NCBI GenBank assembly: GCA_902470035.1
Contig: CABREZ010000001.1
Coordinates: 5,813-69,812 of the forward strand
DNA: 64,000 bases
Origin: an uncultured Streptococcus sp.
GTDB taxonomy: Bacteria > Bacillota > Bacilli > Lactobacillales > Streptococcaceae
Direction of reading: 5' to 3'
The position numbers and the translations under genes are program-made. Below the pieces are notes generated by a model that saw nothing but the letters and a program-made list of their open reading frames with translations, did no database searches and was not told where the DNA came from. Below, piece by piece: positions 51,638-60,960 of the stretch. Every line of letters starts with the position of its first letter. Within the stretch, counting starts at the first letter, position 1.

Positions 51638-52369
51638 TTAAAATAATTCGTTATCCAGTAATGCTTGTTGATTTTCAATAAAAAGGGCGCGCGATCGATT
51701 ACTTCCGTAACGTTTTTCAATCAACTGATAAGCCTTTTCCATGTATGGAGGGCGCTGATCGACATTGTGCATATCGCTCGCAACAAAATGGACCAAATCC
51801 TTGTCCAAAAAATATTGGGCACGATGTTTCATGAACTTGTAGCGATCGCCAAACAATTTAGGCTTGAGCACACTCGAACTATTGATTTGGGTATAGCATC
51901 CCATTCGGATCAATTCCCGCACCCGTTTTTCATTCTTTTCCAAACAGTGATACCGTTCAATGTGGGCAACCACCGGAGTCACTCCTAAGCGCAAGACCGC
52001 ACTTAAGGCTTGGTGAATCTCCTTGTAGGGGGTCGCCATACTAAACTCGATCAAGGCAAAACTGGTATCAGCAAGCGTTGGAATAGTCCCCGCTTCTAGC
52101 TTTTCTAGGATATCTCGCGTGTAGTAGATTTCTGCTCCAAAATGCAGTTTCATTTCAGGCAGATAGGTCTCTACCATCTCTTTTACTGCCAAGTAGTTTT
52201 GATAGATCTTTTCTTCCGGGGTTTCAAACATCCCTTTTCGACGATGGGACGTCGAAACGATGGTACGAACCCCTTGACGGTAGCTTTCCTCGATGAGGAG
52301 TTTGCTATCCTCAATCGTCTTTGGTCCATCATCCACATCAAAGACAATGTGTGAATGAATATCAATCAT
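51638..52369 (-). CDS. wzh: Phosphotyrosine phosphatase CpsB
   Basis: '[12 protein letters not shown]', 'AHIERY', 'ASDMH'. Confidence 0.97.
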   Translation of the reverse strand: MIDIHSHIVFDVDDGPKTIEDSKLLIEESYRQGVRTIVSTSHRRKGMFETPEEKIYQNYLAVKEMVETYLPEMKLHFGAEIYYTRDILEKLEAGTIPTLADTSFALIEFSMATPYKEIHQALSAVLRLGVTPVVAHIERYHCLEKNEKRVRELIRMGCYTQINSSSVLKPKLFGDRYKFMKHRAQYFLDKDLVHFVASDMHNVDQRPPYMEKAYQLIEKRYGSNRSRALFIENQQALLDNELF

Positions 52370-53852
52370 TGTTTTTTCCTTCCATGGTTTGGTTTATCTT
52401 TTCTTTGGCTTGTGCCACGCTATCAGCATTCAACTCCATCATGTAAAGAGCAGATCCTGGCATCGCATATGAAGGCAAGTCATTTCGTCCTTGTCCAGTG
52501 ACAGCTTGTGAAGTCACCTTGTAGCTTCCCCCAGTCTCCAACTGTGTATTGACCAAATTCATAATCGTTGGCAAGGGCATATTGGTTTGCAAGGAATCTT
52601 GTAAACCAGAAACGATTTCGTTGTAATTGCTCAATGCTTTGGTCGATGTTAATTTATGGATAATGGCTGCGATGACTTTTTCTTGGTTCTTCCCACGATC
52701 GTTGTCTCCACCTTCGAGAGAGTAGCGTTCACGGACAAAGCCAAGGGCTTGTTCCGAATCTAAATGGACTTTTCCTACAGGGAAGTGGTAGTTCCCGTGT
52801 AGACTTGTAAACTCTTGATCATTTTCTACATCAATCCCTCCGACGAGGTCGACAAGTTTCAAGAAAGAAGTAAAGTTCAAGCGGACATAGTAGTCGATCT
52901 TGATGCCATATAAATTTTCTAGAGTATGAATAGACGCATCTACCCCATAAATCCCAGCGTGGGTCAATTTATCCCCTTGGTTGTTCCCACCATCTGCTAT
53001 TGGTACGTAGGCGTCACGCGGAGTCGTGGTCAGCAAGACTTGCTTGGTCTTTCGATTGACCGTCATGATAATATTGACATCAGACCGAGAAACCGAAGTG
53101 ACTGGACCATAGGTATCAATCCCACTGACATAGATGTTAAAGGTGTCTGCATTAGCATCCGCCTTAGCTTTGGTTTCAACTTGACGTCGAATCTTGTAAG
53201 AGTAAATTTTCTTTAATTTTTTCGCATAGTCAGCATCCACACTGGCAATAGTATCTTCAAAGGTACTATTCAAGGCAATGGCTTGTGTCTTGTCTTCTTG
53301 CAGGGCCTGGTAGGCTGCCGCGTAAGATTCTACATCTTCGATGGTCAAGTCATGCTGGCGCGTTTTCTTCACTTCTTCTACCAAGGCTAGAAGATCATCT
53401 GCATTATTATTCCCCGTAGGTGCTGCCACACTGCTAATTTCTTTGATATCTTGGATCGGGCTATCAGCTTTGACATAGACAGCCATTTCAAACTCTGTAT
53501 AGTTGGCATTTCGGTTCACATTTCCAGCGACATCGACCAATTGCTGAGTAACAAATGTCCCCACGGAGGTCCCTAGCAAGCCTAAAACCAATAAAAATAG
53601 CGTCGTCTTTTTAGCCTTGCCTGCAAGGATCAAACCCAAGGTTAAAAAAAGTCCGCCAATTAACAATACCGTCACAAGAATATTCAAATAACGGAAAGCT
53701 AGGATATTGTAGCTAAAGACATTATAAAGAAAGAGCCCAGCTACAAGTAGCGTTAAAACCCAGAGACCACTATTTACAATGCGTAACTGATCCCAACCGC
53801 TTGTTCTATTTGAATGTTTGTTTTTTCTACTTCGATTCATTTTATCCCCCAT
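52362..53852 (-). CDS. wzg: LCP-family protein CpsA
   Basis: Three TMs; 'SRSDVNI', 'TPRDAYV', 'KLTHAG', 'FVRERY'. Confidence 0.96.
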   Translation of the reverse strand: MGDKMNRSRKNKHSNRTSGWDQLRIVNSGLWVLTLLVAGLFLYNVFSYNILAFRYLNILVTVLLIGGLFLTLGLILAGKAKKTTLFLLVLGLLGTSVGTFVTQQLVDVAGNVNRNANYTEFEMAVYVKADSPIQDIKEISSVAAPTGNNNADDLLALVEEVKKTRQHDLTIEDVESYAAAYQALQEDKTQAIALNSTFEDTIASVDADYAKKLKKIYSYKIRRQVETKAKADANADTFNIYVSGIDTYGPVTSVSRSDVNIIMTVNRKTKQVLLTTTPRDAYVPIADGGNNQGDKLTHAGIYGVDASIHTLENLYGIKIDYYVRLNFTSFLKLVDLVGGIDVENDQEFTSLHGNYHFPVGKVHLDSEQALGFVRERYSLEGGDNDRGKNQEKVIAAIIHKLTSTKALSNYNEIVSGLQDSLQTNMPLPTIMNLVNTQLETGGSYKVTSQAVTGQGRNDLPSYAMPGSALYMMELNADSVAQAKEKINQTMEGKNND

Positions 53853-53867
53853 ACTATTTTCTTAAAT

Positions 53868-53876
53868 ATTATAACA
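53868..53876 (-). promoter_or_regulatory. cps promoter, extended -10
   Basis: TGTTATAAT on the - strand just upstream of wzg. Confidence 0.6.
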
Positions 53877-53982
53877 TAAAATTGACCTACAGATCAGAAT
53901 CTATGCCTATTTCTCCACTATTAATTTTATACTATTCCTAACTTTCTGTACAGTAACATAAGAAAAAACGAGCAAATAAAAA

Positions 53983-54157
53983 GAGGCTGGGACAAAAGTC
54001 CTAGCCTCTCATTTGTCTTTGGATTGTCGAGCAAGACGCAGTGGTTGAGTGGGCTCTACTACGCTGATTTCATCAGCTTTTACAGCCCTACTCAACTGTG
54101 CGGAGGTGGGACGACGAAATCGAATTCTAACGAATTACCGATTTCTGTCCCACTCTC
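53983..54157. mobile_element. 175-bp MITE-like repeat, copy 2
   Basis: Near-identical to copy 1. Confidence 0.85.
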
Positions 54158-54168
54158 TTTTTATGGGT

Positions 54169-55035
54169 TTATACTTTATCTTTTGACGTTGAGCTTGTGT
54201 CTGAATCCTTGCTAGTTGAAGAATCACTCTTCGAGGAATTACTTCCTTTACGAGTTTCAGCTCCATCAGCAGAGTATTCGTTTACAAAGATTTCCTTACG
54301 TAGTTCAAGGAAGCTTTCATCACTAAGGATATAACGCCCTTCTTTGGTTTTTGTCAATTCCAAGGTGTACTCACGCGGTTCGATGTACCCAAAATCTTCG
54401 TTCAAACGATCAAAGGCATAGTAGAATAAGAAGTTGTTCAATAAAGACAAACGTTTTTCTAGATCTGGATCTGTGTTGTCTTCTAATTTTTTAACATCTT
54501 CAATTCCGTTTTCAAACAGACTAGATTTTGCGCGGTTGATCAAGTTAGCCAAGTCACGTGTTGCAATTGCACGAGATTTGAAGGTAACCGTCGCAATATC
54601 TCCTTCGTCTTCAACCTTGGTGATTTCATAGTCATCACCGATTGTTGCTAACACTTTAAAGCGAGCTTGGTCAAACAATTCCAAGATTTTTTCTGGAGTG
54701 AATGTTTCGGTTGTGAGTTCAAGCGTGAAGTTTTCTGCTGGTAAATATTTTGATGCATTTTCATCAACAAATTTTTCGGTAATTTGTTTTTTCCACTTGT
54801 CAACTGACGTTCCCATCAAGGTTGTAAAACCAGAAGAATGGTCCGTGAAGATGGCACGAAGAATGATATCTCCATCTTTCTCAATTTGTTTTTTTGTTTT
54901 TTCTTCTTTTGATTCACTAGATTGTTCTACTTTATCCTCTTTGGCTGCTTTTTTCTCAGTAGCTGGTTTTGACGAACAAGCTGCCAACAACAACAAGCAA
55001 GCTGGTAAGACACCATATTTTAAGAGCTTTTTCAT
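54169..55035 (-). CDS. Uncharacterised lipoprotein
   Basis: Lipobox 'LLAAC', acidic globular body, Ser-rich tail; AAGGAG RBS. Confidence 0.8.
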   Translation of the reverse strand: MKKLLKYGVLPACLLLLAACSSKPATEKKAAKEDKVEQSSESKEEKTKKQIEKDGDIILRAIFTDHSSGFTTLMGTSVDKWKKQITEKFVDENASKYLPAENFTLELTTETFTPEKILELFDQARFKVLATIGDDYEITKVEDEGDIATVTFKSRAIATRDLANLINRAKSSLFENGIEDVKKLEDNTDPDLEKRLSLLNNFLFYYAFDRLNEDFGYIEPREYTLELTKTKEGRYILSDESFLELRKEIFVNEYSADGAETRKGSNSSKSDSSTSKDSDTSSTSKDKV

Positions 55036-55066
55036 AAGTTCTCCTTATTTTTTATAGATTATGTTC

Positions 55067-55127
55067 ATTATACCAAAAATAGCCCCCCTGAACATTCTTA
55101 GACAAGCCTATGTAAAGAAATTGTAAT
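55067..55127 (-). promoter_or_regulatory. Extended -10 promoter with an upstream WalR/VicR-type box
   Basis: TGGTATAAT at 55067-75; TGTAAA-GAAAT-TGTAAT at 55111-55127 (+). Confidence 0.5.
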
Positions 55128-55154
55128 ATTTTGTCTCTCCTTCGTAATAAAAAA

Positions 55155-55329
55155 GAGGCTGGGACAAAAGTCCTAGCCTCTCAATTGTCTTTGGATTGTC
55201 GAGCAAGACGCAGTGGTTGAGTGGGCTCTACTACGCTGATTTCATCAGCTTTTACAGCCCTACTCAACTGTGCGGAGGTGGGACAACGAAATCGAATGCT
55301 AACGAATTCCCGATTTCTGTCCCACTCTC
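55155..55329. mobile_element. 175-bp MITE-like repeat, copy 3
   Basis: Near-identical, with a few substitutions in the right hairpin. Confidence 0.85.
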
Positions 55330-55335
55330 AATCGC

Positions 55336-56877
55336 CTATAGCATGGGCGCAAATAACTGCATAATTTCTTTGATCAAATGCTGGTACCAGGTGATCTGGA
55401 AAGTGTCTAACCGGATCTGCTGAGACACAGAGAAAATCTCTTCAAAATCCGCTCGGATCTTGGTCAATTCTGGGCTTCGATACATCCAAACAGCATTCTC
55501 ATAGTGATGGACTAGGCTCCGATAGTCAAAGTTGATGGTCCCGACTACTGCGACTTCGTCATCGGCCAATACTTGCTTGCTATGGATAAAGCCTGGAGTG
55601 TACTCATAGATTTTCACCCCTGCTTCCATCAGGTCTGGATAAGCCCCTCGTGTAACGATTTGGATCAGTTTTTTATCCGGAATGTAAGGGGTCACGATGC
55701 GTACATCGACACCACGGAGAGCCGCATTTCGAATATCTTCTGTCAAATCATAATCAATGATTAAATAAGGGGTCGTAATGTAGACATAGTCTGTCGCCTG
55801 ATTGATGATATTCTGATACACAGACTTACCAACCTGGGACTTATAAATGGGTTTAGGACCGCTACCAAAGGGAATATAGAAGCCTTCACCCTCTACCGCT
55901 TGGTTTTCCATATGGTATTTATCAAAATCTTCAATTTCCCCCTGGTTGATGTACCAGTTCATGAGAAAGAGCCGCGTCAAGGCCTTAACCGCTCGACCGT
56001 CTATGCGCACTGCACTATCCTTCCAATGACCGAAGCGCTCTATCTGATTGATATACTCATCCGCTAGGTTAACCCCACCTGTATAGCCAATCTGACCATC
56101 GATGACCAAGATCTTGCGGTGGTCTCGATTGTTATAAGCCACTGTCAATCGTGGCACCACCTTGTTGAACTTATGGGCGTCAATGCCTAATTTTCGCAAG
56201 CGTCTGGTGTAGTTTCCCTTCAGGGTCGCCATACAGCCGATATCATCGTAGAGCAATTTCACCTCTACCCCTTCTTTAACCTTTTCAAGTAGGATATCTA
56301 GGATACTATTCCACATCAGGCCTTCCTCGATGATGTAGAATTCGAGAAAGATAAATTTCTTAGCTGAGCGCAAATCCTCCAACAATTGCGGAAGCATCTG
56401 ATCCCCTAGCGGGAAAAAAGTCGAAGCTGTCCCGTTGTAGAGGTCTGCATTGTGGTCCATGGATAGAATAGACTTGACCATCCCATACACGATCTTGCTC
56501 TCTTCTTTCAACTGAAGGCGAAGCTCATGGCTATTATCCTCACGGAACTTCATGGACTCCATATTTTCCAACTGAATCATTTCTTTTTTGGACAGACGAC
56601 GCTCCCCAAACATGAGGTAAAGAAGGGAACCAAAAACGGGGATGACGGCAATTAAGAGCCAGGTCACCTTGCTCTCTGGAGGCATATTCCGGTTAACAAT
56701 CGCCAAAATGGTCGAGATATACAAGAGGACCATGATGGTGACAGACATCCAATTGGGGAACCATTCATTTAGCCAAAAGAAGGCTGCAAAGGACAACCAG
56801 AGTTCAAACCCCATAAAGAGGATACTGAACCCATATTTGGACATTAACAATCGAATTTTTCGAAAACTCACCCTCAT
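55336..56877 (-). CDS. cls: Cardiolipin synthase
   Basis: Two PLD motifs 'HRKILVID' and 'HSKQVLAD'; N-terminal TMs. Confidence 0.95.
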   Translation of the reverse strand: MRVSFRKIRLLMSKYGFSILFMGFELWLSFAAFFWLNEWFPNWMSVTIMVLLYISTILAIVNRNMPPESKVTWLLIAVIPVFGSLLYLMFGERRLSKKEMIQLENMESMKFREDNSHELRLQLKEESKIVYGMVKSILSMDHNADLYNGTASTFFPLGDQMLPQLLEDLRSAKKFIFLEFYIIEEGLMWNSILDILLEKVKEGVEVKLLYDDIGCMATLKGNYTRRLRKLGIDAHKFNKVVPRLTVAYNNRDHRKILVIDGQIGYTGGVNLADEYINQIERFGHWKDSAVRIDGRAVKALTRLFLMNWYINQGEIEDFDKYHMENQAVEGEGFYIPFGSGPKPIYKSQVGKSVYQNIINQATDYVYITTPYLIIDYDLTEDIRNAALRGVDVRIVTPYIPDKKLIQIVTRGAYPDLMEAGVKIYEYTPGFIHSKQVLADDEVAVVGTINFDYRSLVHHYENAVWMYRSPELTKIRADFEEIFSVSQQIRLDTFQITWYQHLIKEIMQLFAPML

Positions 56878-56949
56878 TCTCCTTCTTTTCTAATCCCTAC
56901 TAGTATACCAGTTCTAGGAAGGGAGCGCAAACCCGATAAAGAGAAAAAA

Positions 56950-57124
56950 GAGGCTAGGACAAAAGTCCTAGCCTCTCAATTGTCTTTGGATTATCGAGCA
57001 AGACGCAGTGGTTGAGTGGGCTCTACTACGCTGATTTCATCAGCTTTTACAGCCCTACTCAACTGTGCGGAGGTGGGACGACGAAATCGAATTCTAACGA
57101 ATTACCGATTTCTGTCCCACTCTC
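56950..57124. mobile_element. 175-bp MITE-like repeat, copy 4
   Basis: Near-identical to copies 1-3. Confidence 0.85.
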
Positions 57125-57136
57125 ACTTCTGCTAGT

Positions 57137-57601
57137 TTATTGCTTGGTCAGAACAATCGTATCCTGATCATCCAACTCGTTGTCCGCTTCTTTCAGGGTC
57201 AATTGTTGCCCCTCCAGTTGATAGCGGTAACCATCATCTCCAATAAAAATGTTCTGGTTGGCAGCATCTAGTTTCACTGGCTTGATTTCTTGTTCTCCGT
57301 CAGGCTCCACAGCTGTCCAAGTTCCTGAATCACCAGCGATGACGAGTGTCACTTGATCACTTTCATCCATTCCCATATAGGTTCCATCAATATTACCTTG
57401 AGTCACTTGAGTGTTTGTAGTATTTAAACTAGATGAATTTGAGCTTCCATCAGAAGAACTTCCTTGTGTATTTGTTGTCTTTGCTTCGGAAGTAGTCACC
57501 TGAATATTAGACTGTGAAGACGATGGTGTTTGCTGATTCGAACACGCTCCAAGCAGGAGGACTGTAGCTGTTGTCAATAAAGCAGTCACTTTCTTTACCA
57601 T
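57137..57601 (-). CDS. SP_0198-like lipoprotein
   Basis: Lipobox 'LLGAC', 'IDGTY.G.DE.DQVTLVI'; located between folC and cls. Confidence 0.75.
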   Translation of the reverse strand: MVKKVTALLTTATVLLLGACSNQQTPSSSQSNIQVTTSEAKTTNTQGSSSDGSSNSSSLNTTNTQVTQGNIDGTYMGMDESDQVTLVIAGDSGTWTAVEPDGEQEIKPVKLDAANQNIFIGDDGYRYQLEGQQLTLKEADNELDDQDTIVLTKQ

Positions 57602-57723
57602 TGATGGGCTCCTTTCGCGCCAACTTTTTAAGGGACTTCCCCGTTTATTTGTGGCTCACCTTTAGTATACGATAGAGTCTGTTTTTTGGTCAATCTTTAT
57701 GATCGGGCGTTGAATACCGTCGC

Positions 57724-58971
57724 CTATAAAGGGTTCTTTCCTTGCTCTAATAGATATGCGCGAACTTCCGAAATAAAGTAGAGAGAACCGGTGACAAAGA
57801 GCACCTCTTGACCATCTTGTCGGCTATAAAAATCTTGCAAATAATCTCTGAAATCTGCTACATAAGGATAGCCTAAACCATCATCCTTTTGGACCACTTC
57901 CCCATAAGCAAAGGTCGTCACCCTCAAGTCCGCCTCCGGCAAGTCGCTTGCAAAGATCTCCAACATTCCCTGGTAATCCTTGCGTTTTAAGGCACCAAAG
58001 AGGATCTTCAAGCGCTTATCTGAAAAGGTGCGGGCATATTCGACCAAGCGATGGATGGCATGGGGATTATGAGCGCCATCTAGATAGACTCCTTGGCCAA
58101 AGTTCTCCAGACGTCCTGGCCAGCTAGTCGCTTGCAAAGCCTCCCGAACACCGTTTTCATCGACCGTCAGACCTCTCTGCGCCATAAAAAGGAGAAAGGC
58201 TTCAAGAGCCACCGCAGCATTCTCTTCCTGGTAAGCTCCATTGAGCCCAATTTTTAGTGAATCAAACCGATAGTGCGCATCTTGGAAGACGCCCTTCACT
58301 AGTTGGAAATCTTCTCCATAGCGAGCCAGCGGACAGCCTGTTTCCTGGGCCTTTTCTGTACAGACTTGCTCAGCCTCTTTAGCCAGTGGACCGATAACAG
58401 CCGGCTTCCCTACTTTAAAGATTCCAGCTTTTTGAGCAGCAATCGCCTCTAGGCTTCCTCCCAAGGTCTCTTGATGATCCAGTCCTACTGAGGTGATTAC
58501 TGCCACCTCCCCTGTGATGACATTGGTCGTATCAAGGAGCCCTCCGATCCCAACCTCAATCAAGGCTAAGTCTGCTTCTTGCTCATGAAAATACAAAAAG
58601 GCCAAGAGAGTGATAATCTCAAAGTAAGAGAGTTGGTCGTGGGTCTCTAGAAGCTGAGACTCCATTGCTTGGATGCTCTGACCCAAGCGAATCAGATCCT
58701 GATCCGAAATTGGTTGCCCATTGATACAAATCCGATCATGCATACTAACGATATGTGGAGAAGTAAAGGTCCCGACTTTCAGGTCATGCTGTTGGAATAG
58801 TTGGCGCATAAACGCAATGGTCGAACCCTTCCCGTTGGTCCCCGTTACATGGATCATCGGAACAGCTTTATAAGGGTCCCCTAAGAGCTTTACAGCCTGT
58901 TGCATCCGCCCTAAACCTGAACGAAAATTGAGGCCAATTCGACTATTCATCCATTCTTCAATTTGATTCAT
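57724..58971 (-). CDS. folC: Folylpolyglutamate/dihydrofolate synthase
   Basis: 'HVTGTNGKGS', 'FTSPH', 'EVGIGGLLDTTN', 'DGAHN'. Confidence 0.95.
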   Translation of the reverse strand: MNQIEEWMNSRIGLNFRSGLGRMQQAVKLLGDPYKAVPMIHVTGTNGKGSTIAFMRQLFQQHDLKVGTFTSPHIVSMHDRICINGQPISDQDLIRLGQSIQAMESQLLETHDQLSYFEIITLLAFLYFHEQEADLALIEVGIGGLLDTTNVITGEVAVITSVGLDHQETLGGSLEAIAAQKAGIFKVGKPAVIGPLAKEAEQVCTEKAQETGCPLARYGEDFQLVKGVFQDAHYRFDSLKIGLNGAYQEENAAVALEAFLLFMAQRGLTVDENGVREALQATSWPGRLENFGQGVYLDGAHNPHAIHRLVEYARTFSDKRLKILFGALKRKDYQGMLEIFASDLPEADLRVTTFAYGEVVQKDDGLGYPYVADFRDYLQDFYSRQDGQEVLFVTGSLYFISEVRAYLLEQGKNPL

Positions 58972-59058
58972 TTCTTTCCCCTAAAAGAAAAGAGCGATCA
59001 AGCCTTGTTGCTGGCTCACGCTCTGCTATTTCTTTGGTTTCTTATTTCACTTCCAATA

Positions 59059-59254
59059 TTTTTAGAAGCTGGGCTAAAAACGTCCCCCGGACGTTCCAAC
59101 TCTCTCCAGTTTCTAGGAGTTGAGGTGATACAGTCTACCAGACTTACTTGCGGTCTTCATTTCTAGCGCAAGGCTAAAAATGTTCACTGAACATTCCAAC
59201 TCTCTCTAGTTTCTAGGAGTTGGGGTAAAAACATCCACTGGATGTTTTTACTCC
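59059..59254. repeat. Array of four ~50-bp units, each carrying a triloop hairpin
   Basis: TTT(C/T)TAG anchors at 59059, 59110, 59160 and 59210; hairpins aacgtcc-ccc-ggacgtt, agtct-acc-agact, aatgttc-act-gaacatt, aaaaacatcc-act-ggatgttttt. Confidence 0.8.
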
Positions 59255-59553
59255 TCCATAAAGCTGTTGAAGACTTCTTCAATCATGTTCCATTCATCAT
59301 CTGAATCTTCTGGGATTGGTTGAAGGTCGCCTTCTGTTCCGTCTTCGTTTTCAGTAAATGAGTAGGCTTGGATTTCTACTTCACCGTTTTCATCTTCTTC
59401 TGCATTTGCAGGAATCAAAAGAACATAGTTTTTACCAAATTCTTCTTTTCCATCAATGGTCAAAAGGATTTCAAACAAAGTTTCGTTTCCTTGCTCATCC
59501 ACCAACGTAATCAATTCGCGTTCGTCATGGTTGTGATCATGATTGTGTGCCAT
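59248..59553 (-). CDS. DUF1292 family protein
   Basis: Acidic '[16 protein letters not shown]...EEVFNSF'; third gene of ireB-ruvX-DUF1292. Confidence 0.92.
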   Translation of the reverse strand: MAHNHDHNHDERELITLVDEQGNETLFEILLTIDGKEEFGKNYVLLIPANAEEDENGEVEIQAYSFTENEDGTEGDLQPIPEDSDDEWNMIEEVFNSFMEE

Positions 59554-59570
59554 CTTATTTCCTCTTTTTT

Positions 59571-59990
59571 CTAAAATTTTCGATCTAAATAATTTTGCAA
59601 AATCAACTGGGCAGCCAATTTATCAATTACTTTTTTACGCTTATTTCGGCTAATATCCGCTTGCTCAATCAGCATCCGCTCTGCGGCAACGGTCGTCAAC
59701 CGCTCGTCCTGATACTCAACCGGCAAGTTGAATAACTCTTCAAGGCGCTTTCCATAAGCTTGACTCGCTTCCACTCGAGGACCGCTTGTGTTGTTCATGT
59801 TTTTAGGCAAACCAACAACAAACCGATCAACCCGGTATTCCTTCACCAGTTCAGAGAGACGGTCAAAACCAAACTCTCCTTTCTCCTCATCAATCTGAAT
59901 AATCTCCAGACCTTGAGCGGTAAAACCTAATGGATCACTGATGGCTACTCCGACCGTCTTCGAGCCAACGTCTAGTCCCATAATTCTCAT
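59571..59990 (-). CDS. ruvX: YqgF/RuvX-family nuclease
   Basis: '[12 protein letters not shown]', 'DERLTT', 'DKLAA'. Confidence 0.95.
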   Translation of the reverse strand: MRIMGLDVGSKTVGVAISDPLGFTAQGLEIIQIDEEKGEFGFDRLSELVKEYRVDRFVVGLPKNMNNTSGPRVEASQAYGKRLEELFNLPVEYQDERLTTVAAERMLIEQADISRNKRKKVIDKLAAQLILQNYLDRKF

Positions 59991-60256
59991 TAGAGATCGA
60001 TCCCTTGCCCTTTCAAGTAGTAACGAACCAACTCTTCAACAATTTCATCTCGTTCGTACTTACGAATTTGGTTGCGAGCGTTGTTATAACGAGGTACATA
60101 AGCAGGATCACCACTGAGTACATAACCAACGATTTGATTGATTGGATTGTAGCCCTTCTCATCCAGAGATAAGTAGACATCCTTTAATGTATCACTAATT
60201 TCTTTACGGTTTGAATCGTCAAGATTAAAACGTACTGTTTCGTCTGTAAATCCCAC
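59990..60256 (-). CDS. ireB: IreB/ReoM (DUF965) regulatory phosphoprotein
   Basis: '[23 protein letters not shown]'; GTG start at 60256. Confidence 0.93.
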   Translation of the reverse strand: MGFTDETVRFNLDDSNRKEISDTLKDVYLSLDEKGYNPINQIVGYVLSGDPAYVPRYNNARNQIRKYERDEIVEELVRYYLKGQGIDL

Positions 60257-60397
60257 AATACCACCCTCTTTCTTTATATTCATACCATTATACCATAATT
60301 TCCATACTTTCTCAAACGAAAAATATTGATTTTACGGGCTTTCTTGGACTTTTCATCACTAATTTTTGAAAGCAATCTTCTGCAGTTTTCAATGACT

Positions 60398-60949
60398 TTA
60401 TTTGACTTCTTTAAAGCCATTCTTTTCCATATTTTTGATGAAGAGTGTTGGAGAGTAGGTTTTGATCATTTTGCAAATTTCTCCCAAGTCTTCACTGTTT
60501 TTAATGTCATCGAAGTCTACTTTATCAGGATCAATATCAATCTCAGAGACCATGGCTTCACCTGTCCAATCTGATGTCACAGTGATCCCATCGTAGTCTC
60601 TCAATTCATCAATGCCACCTTCGCCTTCGTAACCCTCGATCAAGGCTTCTTTGGCACCTTCTTTATCATCCTCAGCATCGATCAACTTCTTGACTTCATC
60701 TTTGAATTCGTCCGACACATGAGTCGCTAGTTTGATGGAAACTTTCTTGTATTTCTTTCCTTGGTAGGATACGGTCACTGTAATTTCCTGTTTGGCTACC
60801 TCGTCAGCTTCATTGACATCTCTATTAATCTTAAAGGTCCGAGTGACGACGCTATCTTTCGATAAGGACTTGCCCCCTTTTGATTGAGAATTCCCACAAC
60901 CTGCCAAGATAAGCAATCCAGCAACGACTAGTAATAGAAATTTTTTCAT
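60398..60949 (-). CDS. Lipoprotein, divergent paralog of the adjacent SP0191-family gene
   Basis: Lipobox 'ILAGC'; shares 'T.TF...QE.T.TY.G..(Y/F).K' and 'PT...N...NG.KE' patterns with 60961..61554. Confidence 0.7.
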   Translation of the reverse strand: MKKFLLLVVAGLLILAGCGNSQSKGGKSLSKDSVVTRTFKINRDVNEADEVAKQEITVTVSYQGKKYKKVSIKLATHVSDEFKDEVKKLIDAEDDKEGAKEALIEGYEGEGGIDELRDYDGITVTSDWTGEAMVSEIDIDPDKVDFDDIKNSEDLGEICKMIKTYSPTLFIKNMEKNGFKEVK

Positions 60950-60960
60950 GTTTTTTCTCC

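Noticed and set aside
54024..54215. ORFs 'MSSKTQWLSGLYYADFIS...' (also 55196..55423 and 20561..20824)
   Set aside because: Translations of the 175-bp repeat with no RBS and different C-termini.
59059..59254. Possible mini CRISPR array
   Set aside because: Units are degenerate along their whole length, the inter-hairpin segments repeat (CCAACTCTCTC twice) rather than being unique spacers, and no cas genes are present.
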